From an uncultured Chloroflexia bacterium (GTDB lineage Bacteria > Chloroflexota > Limnocylindria > Limnocylindrales > CSP1-4): a stretch of 64,000 nt of DNA. The notes below the pieces were generated by a model, which worked only from the letters and a program-made list of their open reading frames with translations, searched no databases and was not told the DNA's origin. Positions 8,870-17,996 of the stretch are shown piece after piece. The position numbers and the translations under genes are program-made. The stretch is taken from contig CAWEZH010000003.1 of assembly GCA_963813535.1 (NCBI GenBank), forward strand, positions 608,001-672,000, written 5' to 3'. How positions within the stretch are numbered: the stretch's first letter is position 1; every line of letters begins with the position of its first letter.

Positions 8870-9868
8870 ATGGCGCGGATCCTCGTGACCGGCGGGGCTG
8901 GGTACGTCGGGGCGGTCTCGGCCGAAGCGTTCCTGGCGGTGGGCCACGACGTCGTGGTGCTCGACGACCTCTCGACCGGGCATCGGGCGGCAGTCCCGGA
9001 TGGCGCGCGGCTGGTCGTCGGGGACTACACGGATCGGGCGACCGTCGCCACCGTGCTCGCAGAGGGGTCGATCGATGCGATCCTCCACTGCGCGGCGCTC
9101 TCGCTGGTCGGTGAGTCGCTCCAGGACCCGGCGCGGTACTTCGGGGACAACGTCGCGGGCGGGATCGCGATGCTCGATACGGCCCGGGCCGCAGGCGTCC
9201 AGCGCTTCGTGCTGTCCTCGACCGCCGCGGTCTACGGGGTACCCGACACCACGCCGGTCGACGAGGATGCCCCGCTGCGACCGATCAACCCGTACGGCGA
9301 GAGCAAGCGGACCTTCGAAGCCGTGCTCCAGTGGTACGGCCGGGCCTACGGCATGCGGAGCGTCTCGCTGCGGTACTTCAACGTGGCGGGTGCCACGGAG
9401 GCGATCGGCGAGGACCATGATCCCGAGACCCACCTCATCCCGGCCGTCCTCGCCGCCGCAGAGGCCGGACGTCCCGCGACGATCTTCGGCGGCGACTACC
9501 CGACCCGCGACGGGACGAACGTGCGCGACTACATCCACGTAGCTGACCTCGCGGACGCCCACCTCCGGGCGATCGAAGCGACGGCGCCCGGGGACGAGCG
9601 GATCGGCGATGGCCTCCTCGTGTGCAACCTCGGGAACGGCGGCGGCTTCACCAACCTCGAGGTCCTCGCGGCGGCCGAGACCGTCGTCGGGCGCCCGATC
9701 CCGCGTGAGGTCGGGCCTCGCAGACCAGGCGACCCGCCGACCCTGGTCGCCGCCGCGGACCGCGCGGCTGATGTCCTCGGCTGGCGACCACGACGACCCA
9801 GCCTCGACGAGATGGTCGGATCGGCGTGGGCCTGGCGCCGGTCGCACCCGGACGGCTACGCCGACTAG
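8870..9868 (+). CDS. galE: UDP-glucose 4-epimerase
   Basis: 'TGGAGYVG', 'SSTAAVYG', 'YGESK', 'LRYFNVAGA', 'RDYIHV'. Confidence 0.95.
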   Translation: MARILVTGGAGYVGAVSAEAFLAVGHDVVVLDDLSTGHRAAVPDGARLVVGDYTDRATVATVLAEGSIDAILHCAALSLVGESLQDPARYFGDNVAGGIAMLDTARAAGVQRFVLSSTAAVYGVPDTTPVDEDAPLRPINPYGESKRTFEAVLQWYGRAYGMRSVSLRYFNVAGATEAIGEDHDPETHLIPAVLAAAEAGRPATIFGGDYPTRDGTNVRDYIHVADLADAHLRAIEATAPGDERIGDGLLVCNLGNGGGFTNLEVLAAAETVVGRPIPREVGPRRPGDPPTLVAAADRAADVLGWRPRRPSLDEMVGSAWAWRRSHPDGYAD

Positions 9869-11244
9869 GTCTCCCGCGGCTCGATCGGTGCGCTGGCAGG
9901 GGCGAGTCGCTCTGGCGGCACGACCACGGCATCTGCCGCGAGCTCGTGACTACCCGACCAGTCGTCGCGCACCGGCCACACGAGCCACACTCCGATCAGC
10001 ATCGTGACCAGCAAGCTCAGGACCGCGACCTGGAACGCGCCGTTCCCGATCCGGTCGATGAGGAGGAACAGGATCAGCCCGTACAGCAGCGTGCCGATCA
10101 CCTGCGAGCCCTTCCCGACGAGGCCGTAGAGACCGAAGAACTCGCCGATCCTCTCGGGCGGCGACAGGCGGATCATGAGGACGCGGTCGGCGACCGTGAC
10201 GCCGCCAAGCCCCGATCCCAGGATCGCGCCGGCGACCAGGAACGGCGCCAGGCCGGCCGGCCCGAGGCCGATCGCGAACCCGCCGAGCAGGAGGCCGACA
10301 GCCCACGTCGCGAGCACGGTGATGAGCGTCCGCTTCGGACCGATCCGGTCGCAGAGCCAGCCCCACAGGAAGCTCATGGCGATCGCGACGATCGTCAGCC
10401 CCAGCAGGATCGTGTTGGCGTCGCGGACGGAGACGCCGAGCGCCTCGACCGTCACGACGCTCATCACCACGATCACCGTGTTGACCGCGTCGCTGTAGAA
10501 GAAGCGCCCGACGAGGAAACGCCCGAGTCCCGGGACAGCCCGAGCGTGCTCGATCGACGTCCGCAGTTGCCCGAAGGCGTCGACCACGTCGCGCGCCGTG
10601 ATGCGCGGCTCGTCCTTGGGCCGCGGCTCGCGGACCACCAGGAAGATCGGGATCGCGAATACGAGGAACAGCAATGCCGTGAGCCGGAAGCGGTCGGCGA
10701 CCGGGATGTCGAGCAGGAAGATGAGCAGTCCGACGACGACGGTCCCGCAGTAGCCGATGGCGGTGCCGATGCCGGACAGCCGGCCGCGCGACACCGGATA
10801 GGACACGGTCTTGAGCGTCGCGTCGTAATAGATGAGCGCGGCCTGGTACGAGAAGTTGGCGACGATGAAGAGCGCCAGTCCGATGAGCGGCGGCACGTTC
10901 GCGATGAAGAACGTCGCGACGATGCACTGCGCGGTGAAGAGGAGCAGGAACGGCATCCGTCGGCCGCCCCGGTCCGAGATGGCGCCGAGGATCGGCGACA
11001 CGAGCGCATTGATCCCGACGCTCAGCGCTACGGACACCGCCAGAAGGACGCCGCCGTCGCGACGGCCGAACTCGTCGTTCAGGTAGAGACCGATGGCCCC
11101 CGATACGACGGCGAAGCTGAAGATCGTGTTCGCGAAGTCGTACAGGGCCCACGAGGCCGGCACGATCGCGCGCCCACTCGGCGTCAGGGCCGCGAGGCCG
11201 CGGGCGCTGGGCGCTGGGCCGACGGACGGGGCGGCGCTGGCCAC
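9865..11244 (-). CDS. MFS transporter (UMF1/ATG22-like)
   Basis: 'SWALYDFANTIF', 'GAISDRGG', about 12 TM; GTG 6 nt after TATCAT. Confidence 0.9.
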   Translation of the reverse strand: MASAAPSVGPAPSARGLAALTPSGRAIVPASWALYDFANTIFSFAVVSGAIGLYLNDEFGRRDGGVLLAVSVALSVGINALVSPILGAISDRGGRRMPFLLLFTAQCIVATFFIANVPPLIGLALFIVANFSYQAALIYYDATLKTVSYPVSRGRLSGIGTAIGYCGTVVVGLLIFLLDIPVADRFRLTALLFLVFAIPIFLVVREPRPKDEPRITARDVVDAFGQLRTSIEHARAVPGLGRFLVGRFFYSDAVNTVIVVMSVVTVEALGVSVRDANTILLGLTIVAIAMSFLWGWLCDRIGPKRTLITVLATWAVGLLLGGFAIGLGPAGLAPFLVAGAILGSGLGGVTVADRVLMIRLSPPERIGEFFGLYGLVGKGSQVIGTLLYGLILFLLIDRIGNGAFQVAVLSLLVTMLIGVWLVWPVRDDWSGSHELAADAVVVPPERLAPASAPIEPRET

Positions 11245-11286
11245 GGCCGGATGATACGCGTGGCCCGTCCCGCTACGATGCCAGCG
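11245..11286. promoter_or_regulatory. Back-to-back leaderless promoters
   Basis: Minus-strand TATCAT (11256-11251) 6 nt before GTG 11244; plus-strand TACGAT (11274-11279) 7 nt before ATG 11287. Confidence 0.6.
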
Positions 11287-11988
11287 ATGGACGGCACCGA
11301 CCCGCACGACCTGGCCAGGGGACTCCACCCGCAGGAGTTCGGCAAGACCCGCCTCATGTCGATCGACGATCCGCTGGTCGAACCGGCGTGGCCGGGGCTC
11401 CGCGTGATCGTTGCTGTCGGCGAAGGACGGGCGACCCTCTGGCTCGACGGCGAGCGCCTCGAGGAGCACGTATCCCTTGGCCCGGCACTCAGGGCCGCGA
11501 CGGTCGGCGTTGCTGGTGCCGACGCGATCTTCGATGGCTACCTCACCAAGACGAAGGCGACCGAGGGCATCGGGACCCAGATCGGGGTCTACGAGTACCC
11601 CTCGATCGGCAGCCAGGTGACGAGGTTCTTCATCGGCGGACGACGGGATCGCGCGGAGGAGATGCAGAAACGTCGCGAGGCGGAAGCCGAGGACGCGCGA
11701 TTCGACGAGACCGATGTCGTGAGCCTCATCGTCAACGACCTGCTCTGGCTCGACGGCACGTGGCTGCTCGACGTCCCGCTGCTCGAGCGCAAGCGCGTCC
11801 TCGAGTCGATCCTCCCGCCGGGCCGACTGGTCCGACCTGGGCTCTACGTGCGGATGCCGATCGACTCGTTGATCGGCTCCTGGCGGGCACAGGGCTTCCG
11901 GGGCATGGCCTTCAAGGCGGCCAATTCGCGCTACCGCCCGGGCGAGACGGCCGACGACTGGACCCTCGCCGACATGCCCCGCCGCTAA
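11287..11988 (+). CDS. ATP-dependent DNA ligase adenylation-domain homolog with degenerate catalytic residues
   Basis: 'EPAWPGLR' in place of ExKxDGxR; 'DLLWLDG', 'PLLERKRVL', 'GMAFKAANSRYRPG..DW'; no OB domain. Confidence 0.75.
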   Translation: MDGTDPHDLARGLHPQEFGKTRLMSIDDPLVEPAWPGLRVIVAVGEGRATLWLDGERLEEHVSLGPALRAATVGVAGADAIFDGYLTKTKATEGIGTQIGVYEYPSIGSQVTRFFIGGRRDRAEEMQKRREAEAEDARFDETDVVSLIVNDLLWLDGTWLLDVPLLERKRVLESILPPGRLVRPGLYVRMPIDSLIGSWRAQGFRGMAFKAANSRYRPGETADDWTLADMPRR

Positions 11989-12009
11989 AGGGGAGTGGCG
12001 GGCACTTCG

Positions 12010-12128
12010 GCGGGCGCCAGCCTCGGTCCATGGCGGCGTTGCATCCTCCGCGCGCTCGCTCACGCACCTCGAGGTGCGCTCGCTCACGTGCTCGGCTGCG
12101 CCTTGCCACGTCCCGCTCTGGCACCCGC
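12010..12128. repeat. Long imperfect hairpin, ERIC-like miniature element
   Basis: GCGGGCGCCAG (12010-12020) pairs with CTGGCACCCGC (12118-12128); central CGCACCTCGAGGTGCG palindrome; GCGTTG...GCCTTG landmarks. Confidence 0.5.
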
Positions 12129-12189
12129 TACCAGTTCAGGGGGCCGGTGCACCAAGCGCGGGATCGTCGTGCGGTGTACGGTCTAGGGG

Positions 12190-13605
12190 ATGCCCTCAAC
12201 CGTGCTGACACCGACGGTCCGGGATCAGATCGCCCGCCTCGGCAAGGCCGACATCATGGTCGGCATCCCAAGCTTCAAGAACGCGGCGACGATCGGCTAC
12301 GTCGTGCGCGCCGCGCAGGCCGGCCTCGTCCAGTACTTCCCCGACCTCCGGCCCGTGGTGGTCAATTCGGACGCCGGCTCGCCCGACGGCACGGGTCGCG
12401 TCGTCATCGAGACCGAACCGCCCGACTACGTCGAGCAGATCCTGCTCACGCGGCCCAACCACAAGCTCGAGCGGGTCAGCCTGACCTACCCCGAGATCGA
12501 TGGGGTCGGTGGCAAGGGCGCCGCGCTGCGGACGATCTTCGAGATCGCCGCAGCGCTGGAGGTCCAGGCGCTCGTCGTCGTCAATTCCGACCTGCGCTCG
12601 ATCGTGCCCGAGTGGATCGAGTTGCTGTCCGGCCCGATCCTCAAGGGCGGCTACGACTTCGTCGCCCCGCTCTACGCGCGATACAAGTACGACGGCACGA
12701 TCACCAACACCGTCACGTATCCGTTGACGCGAGCACTGTACGGACATCGCATCCGCCAGCCGATCGGTGGCGACTTCGGGGTGAGCGGCGACCTCGTGCG
12801 CCACTACCTCACGCTCGATGACTGGACCGACGACGTCAGCAAGTTCGGCATCGACATCTGGATGACGACCTCGGCGCTGACCGGCGGGTTCGCCGTCTGC
12901 CAGACCCGGCTCGGCGCGAAGATCCACGACCCGAAGGACCCGGGCTCGGACCTCGGGCCGATGTTCCGCCAGGTCGTCGGCACGATCCTGCGCCTCGCCG
13001 TCCGGAACGCCGACGAGTGGTTGACGATCCGCGGGAGCCACAGCGTGCCGGCCTACGGCTTCGAGCGGATGATCGACCCGCCGCCGCTCGAGGTGAACAC
13101 GCTTCGTCTCCTCTCGGAGTTCCACGCCGGCTCGCTGACCCTGACCGAGATGTGGCGATCGATGCTGTCGCCCGAGTCGCTCGAGGCCGTGCTGGAGCTG
13201 GCGGCCGAGGCCGGCCGGCTGGGCGATGTCGCGCGGGCCCGACTGGGCATCGGGGGCGACGTGGCGTCGACGACGGCGACGACGCTCGAGATGGCCGAGG
13301 CGGCCAGCACGTTCCACTTCCCCGATGACCTGTGGGCCAAGGTCGTCTACGACCTCGTCGTGACGGCGCGCAACCCGAGCCATCCCCTCGAGAGCCTGGT
13401 CGCCGCCCTTGTGCCGATCTATTTCGGGCGGGTCGGCTCGTTCGTGATCGAGAACCGGCACATCACGACCGAGCAGGCGGAGGAGCGCGTCGAGCGCCAG
13501 GCGCGCGAATTCGAGCTGCTCAAGCCCTACCTCGCCCAGCGCTGGACGGCCGCGACCGACAGCGGCGACGGCTCTGCCACGACCGACGGCAAGGGCGGCG
13601 CATGA
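12190..13605 (+). CDS. GT-A glycosyltransferase, glucosylglycerate/mannosylglycerate synthase-like
   Basis: 'GIPSFKNAATI', 'GKGAAL', 'YARYKYDGTITN', 'RQPIGGDFG', 'FGIDIWMT', 'KIHDPKDP'. Confidence 0.8.
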   Translation: MPSTVLTPTVRDQIARLGKADIMVGIPSFKNAATIGYVVRAAQAGLVQYFPDLRPVVVNSDAGSPDGTGRVVIETEPPDYVEQILLTRPNHKLERVSLTYPEIDGVGGKGAALRTIFEIAAALEVQALVVVNSDLRSIVPEWIELLSGPILKGGYDFVAPLYARYKYDGTITNTVTYPLTRALYGHRIRQPIGGDFGVSGDLVRHYLTLDDWTDDVSKFGIDIWMTTSALTGGFAVCQTRLGAKIHDPKDPGSDLGPMFRQVVGTILRLAVRNADEWLTIRGSHSVPAYGFERMIDPPPLEVNTLRLLSEFHAGSLTLTEMWRSMLSPESLEAVLELAAEAGRLGDVARARLGIGGDVASTTATTLEMAEAASTFHFPDDLWAKVVYDLVVTARNPSHPLESLVAALVPIYFGRVGSFVIENRHITTEQAEERVERQAREFELLKPYLAQRWTAATDSGDGSATTDGKGGA

Positions 13606-15548
13606 GCCCCAGATCGCCGCTCCCTGCTCGCATCCTGATCCCGGTCGCCAACCCCGGCACGGCCGAGGAGCTGATCCGGCTCGGCGCCGCGATGCTCGAC
13701 CCACGGGCTGGTGAGCTGTCGGCGCTGGGCATCGTCGAAGTGCCGGAGGGGATGCCGTTGTCCGAGGGCGCGACCCGAGCGCGGCACGCGCGGCGGCTGC
13801 TCCAGAAGGTCCTCGACTACGCCCCCGACGGGACGCCGATCCATCCGATCGTCCGAATCGGGCGGCATGCCTCGGAAGGCATCATCGAGGCATCCGCCGA
13901 GCAGGAATCCGATCTCATCATCTTCGGCTGGGGCGGCAAGGCGCCGATCGGCAACGACGGTCGCAACGGTGGCCCGACGGTGTTCTCACCGACGATCGAC
14001 GAGGTCGTCCGCGAGTCGCCCTGCGATATCGCGGTCGTCAAGCAACGAGGGTCCCGGGACATCAAGCGCGTCCTGGTCCCCGTCCGCGGCGGACCGCATG
14101 CCGAGCTGGCGATGCGCTTCGCCGATGCCATCGCGACCTATCACGGCGGCACGGTCGTCGTGCTTCACCTCGTCCCGCCGGGCATCACCATGGCCGTCCG
14201 GGCGCAGGCGGAACGGGCGCTCGCCACGTTCATCAAGCAGCACCTCAAGGGCAAGGGCGAGGCGGTTCTTCGTGAGGCGCCCAACGTCCGGAACGCCATC
14301 CTGCGCGAGGCCGAGAAGGCCGACCTTGTCGTGATGGGCGCATCGGCAGTGCCGGGGGCCGACGGCGCGGACTCCTACCTGTTCGGCGCCCTGCCGGAGG
14401 CGATCGCGGCCCGCGCCAAGCCGTCCGTCGTGGTGGTCAAGACCCGCGAGGAGATCGGCGGCACGACGTTCGACACGCTGGCATCGAAGGCAGAGTCGCT
14501 CATCGCCGCCGACCGTGCGGCCGAGGAGGCGCGCGCCGTGCCGGCACGCGTCGAGCGCTGGTTCGGCGAATCGAACTTCCACCATGCCGAGTTCGCCGAC
14601 CTGCGACGGCTCGTCCAGCTCAAGGAGAAGCAGGGCGTGACGGTCTCGCTCGTCCTGCCCACGCTGGACGAGGAGGAGACCATCGGGCCGATCGTGCGCA
14701 AGGCGGTGCGCGAGATGATCGGACGCGTCCCGCTGCTGGACGAGATCCTCGTGATCGACTCGGCCTCGACCGACCGCACGCGCGAGATCGCCGAGGCGGA
14801 GGGAGCTCGGGTGATCCAGCACCCCGACGTCCTCGCGCGCTACGGCTCATTCCGCGGCAAGGGCGAGGCGCTCTGGAAGTCGTTGTTCGCGACGACCGGC
14901 GACATCGTCGTGTGGGCCGATACCGACGTCCGCCACTGGCACCACCGGATGGTCTACGGGACCCTTGGACCGCTCCTCCACGAGCCGCGTCTGCAGTACG
15001 TGAAGGGCTACTACCAGCGGCCGATCGTGCAGGAGGGCGTCCTCAAGGAGGGCGGTGGCGGTCGGGTCACGGAGCTCGTCGCCCGTCCGCTGATCAACCT
15101 GTTCTACCCGGAGCTCTCGGGGATGATCCAGCCGCTCGCGGGCGAGTACGCCGGCCGCCGCACGCTGCTCGAGTCGATCCCGTTCTTCACCGGCTACGCC
15201 GTCGAGATCGGCCACCTCATCGACGCCGCCGAGCGGGTCGGCATCGAGGGTCTCGGCCAGGTCGACCTGGAGCGACGCGTGCATCGCAACCAGGAGCTCG
15301 AGGGCCTGTCGCGGATGTCGTTCGTGATCCTGCAGGCCGTCATGAAGCGGCTCGAGGAGCGCCGCAAGGCGCGCCTGTTCGCGGAGCTCGGTTCGACGAT
15401 GAAGTTGCCGCGCTCCGGCAAGGGGCGACTGTCGCTGGAGGTCATCGAGCTGGCCGACCAGGAGCGCCCGCCGATGATCCGCATCCCGGAGTACCTCGAA
15501 CTGCGACGCCCTGCGGCCGAATCGATCCTCGACCCGTCGGTCCGGTGA
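13602..15548 (+). CDS. gpgS: Tandem universal stress protein domains fused to glucosyl-3-phosphoglycerate synthase
   Basis: Two USP repeats ('RILIPVAN', 'RVLVPVRGGPHA'), then 'LPTLDEEETI', 'GKGEALW', 'DTD', 'GGRVTELVARP', 'QPLAGEYA', 'HRNQ'. Confidence 0.88.
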   Translation: MSPRSPLPARILIPVANPGTAEELIRLGAAMLDPRAGELSALGIVEVPEGMPLSEGATRARHARRLLQKVLDYAPDGTPIHPIVRIGRHASEGIIEASAEQESDLIIFGWGGKAPIGNDGRNGGPTVFSPTIDEVVRESPCDIAVVKQRGSRDIKRVLVPVRGGPHAELAMRFADAIATYHGGTVVVLHLVPPGITMAVRAQAERALATFIKQHLKGKGEAVLREAPNVRNAILREAEKADLVVMGASAVPGADGADSYLFGALPEAIAARAKPSVVVVKTREEIGGTTFDTLASKAESLIAADRAAEEARAVPARVERWFGESNFHHAEFADLRRLVQLKEKQGVTVSLVLPTLDEEETIGPIVRKAVREMIGRVPLLDEILVIDSASTDRTREIAEAEGARVIQHPDVLARYGSFRGKGEALWKSLFATTGDIVVWADTDVRHWHHRMVYGTLGPLLHEPRLQYVKGYYQRPIVQEGVLKEGGGGRVTELVARPLINLFYPELSGMIQPLAGEYAGRRTLLESIPFFTGYAVEIGHLIDAAERVGIEGLGQVDLERRVHRNQELEGLSRMSFVILQAVMKRLEERRKARLFAELGSTMKLPRSGKGRLSLEVIELADQERPPMIRIPEYLELRRPAAESILDPSVR

Positions 15549-16060
15549 ACATCGAGGCACTCGATCCCGCGGCGTACGACGCCGCGATCGAGGGGCTCGG
15601 CGCCCTGCTCAGGGACGCGGTCGACGGCGGGGCCTCGGTCAACTTCCTGGCCGGCGCGACGCCCGGGGAGACGGCCGGCTGGTGGGCCGACCGGGCCAAC
15701 CTCGTGAAGGCAGGCACGATCACCGTATTCGTCGCCCGGGAGGACGGCCGTATCGTCGGCTCCACGCTGCTCGAGCGCTCGCGCAACCCGAACTCACCGC
15801 ATCGCGCCGAGATCGGCAAGGTCATCGTCCATCGGTCGATGCGGCGGCAGGGCCTCGGCCGAGCGCTGATGGAGGCCGCCGAGGAACGCGCCCGCGCCGA
15901 GGGCCGCTGGATGCTCATCCTGGACACGGTGACCGGGAGCGCGGCCGCGGCCCTGTACGAGTCCCTCGGCTGGCAGACGGTCGGCACGATCCCCGCCTAT
16001 GCGCTCGACACCGGGGGCGAGCCCGAGGCCGCCACCTATTACTACAAGGACCTGCGATGA
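15545..16060 (+). CDS. GNAT family N-acetyltransferase
   Basis: 'HRAEIGKVIVH', 'RRQGLGRALM', 'LDTVTG', 'YESLGW'. Confidence 0.9.
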   Translation: MNIEALDPAAYDAAIEGLGALLRDAVDGGASVNFLAGATPGETAGWWADRANLVKAGTITVFVAREDGRIVGSTLLERSRNPNSPHRAEIGKVIVHRSMRRQGLGRALMEAAEERARAEGRWMLILDTVTGSAAAALYESLGWQTVGTIPAYALDTGGEPEAATYYYKDLR

Positions 16061-17127
16061 CCACCCGGCGGACCGTGCTGATCGCACCCGATTCGTTCAA
16101 GGGGTCGCTGACGTCGGTCGAGGTCGCGCGCGCCCTGGCCGACGGCTGGTCGCGTGCCCGCCCGGACGATGCGGTGGTGATCTGTCCGCTGGCCGATGGC
16201 GGTGAAGGCACGCTCGCCGCGATCGAGGCGGCCGGCGGCTGGACGTCCCGTCGCGCGACCGTGCACGACCCGCTGCGGCGGCCGATCGAGGCCCGCTGGC
16301 TGCTGTCGGCCGATGGGTCGCGTGCGGTGGTCGAGATGGCCGAGGCATCGGGCTTGTCGCGCCTCGCGGCGGACGAGCTCGACCCGATCGGCGCGACGTC
16401 GGTCGGGACGGGAGAACTCGTCGCCGTCGCGATCGACGCCGGCGCCCGGCACATCACGCTCGGCATCGGCGGCAGCGCGACGACCGACGGCGGGCGTGGA
16501 CTGCTCGAGGGCCTCGGTGATGGGACGCGACTCGACACCGTCGACGTCGAGGTCGCCTGTGACGTCTCGAACCCCCTCCTCGGGCCGACCGGCGCCGCGG
16601 CCACCTACGGACCGCAGAAGGGCGCCTCGCCGGACGATATCGTGGCGCTCGATGCACGGAACGCCGCATGGGCCGACGAGCTCGAGGCATCGGAGGGTCG
16701 CCGGGAACGCGACACCCCGGGGGCCGGCGCAGCCGGGGGCGTGGGGTTCGGATTACTGGCCGCGCAGGGTCGCTTCCGATCGTTCGCGCTGCGGCCGGGG
16801 ATCGACCTCGTGATGGAGGCGACAGATTTCCCGGCGCGTCTTGCGCGCGCCGCACTCGTGATCACTGGCGAGGGCCGGATCGACGCGCAGACGGGCTTCG
16901 GCAAGACGGCACTCGGCGTCGCGAAGCGGGCCGCGACGGCCGGCGTGCCATGCATCGCGGTCGGGGGCGGCGTCGAACCTGATGGGATCGCCGCGCTTTC
17001 GGGCGTCGGGGCCGTGGCGGTCCCGGTGATCGAGCGGCCGATGTCCATCGAGGAAGCGATGGCCGCCGGCACGGCGCCGCTCGAACGGACCGGCGAACGG
17101 ATCGCCCGGCTCGTGTCGACATGGTGA
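16057..17127 (+). CDS. glxK: Glycerate kinase (GlxK/GarK family)
   Basis: 'IAPDSFKGSL', 'PLADGGEGT', 'GGSATTDGG', 'ITGEGRIDAQT'. Confidence 0.92.
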   Translation: MTTRRTVLIAPDSFKGSLTSVEVARALADGWSRARPDDAVVICPLADGGEGTLAAIEAAGGWTSRRATVHDPLRRPIEARWLLSADGSRAVVEMAEASGLSRLAADELDPIGATSVGTGELVAVAIDAGARHITLGIGGSATTDGGRGLLEGLGDGTRLDTVDVEVACDVSNPLLGPTGAAATYGPQKGASPDDIVALDARNAAWADELEASEGRRERDTPGAGAAGGVGFGLLAAQGRFRSFALRPGIDLVMEATDFPARLARAALVITGEGRIDAQTGFGKTALGVAKRAATAGVPCIAVGGGVEPDGIAALSGVGAVAVPVIERPMSIEEAMAAGTAPLERTGERIARLVSTW

Positions 17128-17957
17128 CGCCGGGCGCCGCACCGCGGCCGAAGAAGCGCCGCCCGAAGAAGCGCAAATTCACGAACCCCGGTGCGAGCTA
17201 CGCGAAGCGCCTCGAGCGGTACCGCCCAGGGCTCGCCCGATTCACGCTCGTCGAGCTGGCCGGGCTGTACGGACGTCCGGTCTGGGAGCGCCGCCTGGAC
17301 CCGACCAGCGAGCTGATCCTCACGATCCTCACCCAGAACACCGCCGACGTGAATGCCGAGGTCGCGTTCGAGGCGCTCCGCCACACGTACCCCAGCGGCC
17401 TGCCGGCAGTGGCGCACAACCCGGGTGCCGGCTGGGGCGGGGTCGGGCTTCCCGATGGAGCGCCGCCCGATTGGAGCGCCGTCGAGGTCGCGCCGCTCCC
17501 GGAGCTGACCGACGTGATCCGGCCGGGTGGCCTGGCCAACCAGAAGGCGCCACGTATCCAGGCGGCCCTGCGCAAGATCCGCGAAGAGCGCGGCGATCAC
17601 TCCCTCGAGTTCCTGGGCGACATGCAGGCGATCGAGGCGCGCGACTGGCTGACCCAGATCGATGGCATCGGCAAGAAGACCGCCTCGATCGTCCTGTTGT
17701 TCTGCTTCGGCCAGCCGCTCTTCCCGATCGACCGCCACATCGAGCGGATCCTGCTCCGCGTCGGCCTGATGCCACCCAAGGCGACGCTCGAGGAGGCCCA
17801 CGAGCTGTTCCTCGGCGTCTTCCAGCCGGACGAGATGTACGAGGCCCATGTGAACCTCATCCAGCACGGCCGCAAGGTGTGCCACGCCCAGCGACCGGAC
17901 CACGACGCGTGCCCCCTCCGCGTGCGGTGCCGGTTCTACGACCCCAAGGCGCCCTAG
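17121..17957 (+). CDS. nth: Endonuclease III / HhH-GPD DNA glycosylase
   Basis: 'TILTQNT', HhH 'IDGIGKKTA', 'PIDRH', FeS motif C-x6-H-x2-C-x5-C. Confidence 0.85.
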   Translation: MVTPGAAPRPKKRRPKKRKFTNPGASYAKRLERYRPGLARFTLVELAGLYGRPVWERRLDPTSELILTILTQNTADVNAEVAFEALRHTYPSGLPAVAHNPGAGWGGVGLPDGAPPDWSAVEVAPLPELTDVIRPGGLANQKAPRIQAALRKIREERGDHSLEFLGDMQAIEARDWLTQIDGIGKKTASIVLLFCFGQPLFPIDRHIERILLRVGLMPPKATLEEAHELFLGVFQPDEMYEAHVNLIQHGRKVCHAQRPDHDACPLRVRCRFYDPKAP

Positions 17958-17996
17958 CGCGGCCTGCCTCTCTCGCACGAACCTATACTCGCCGCG

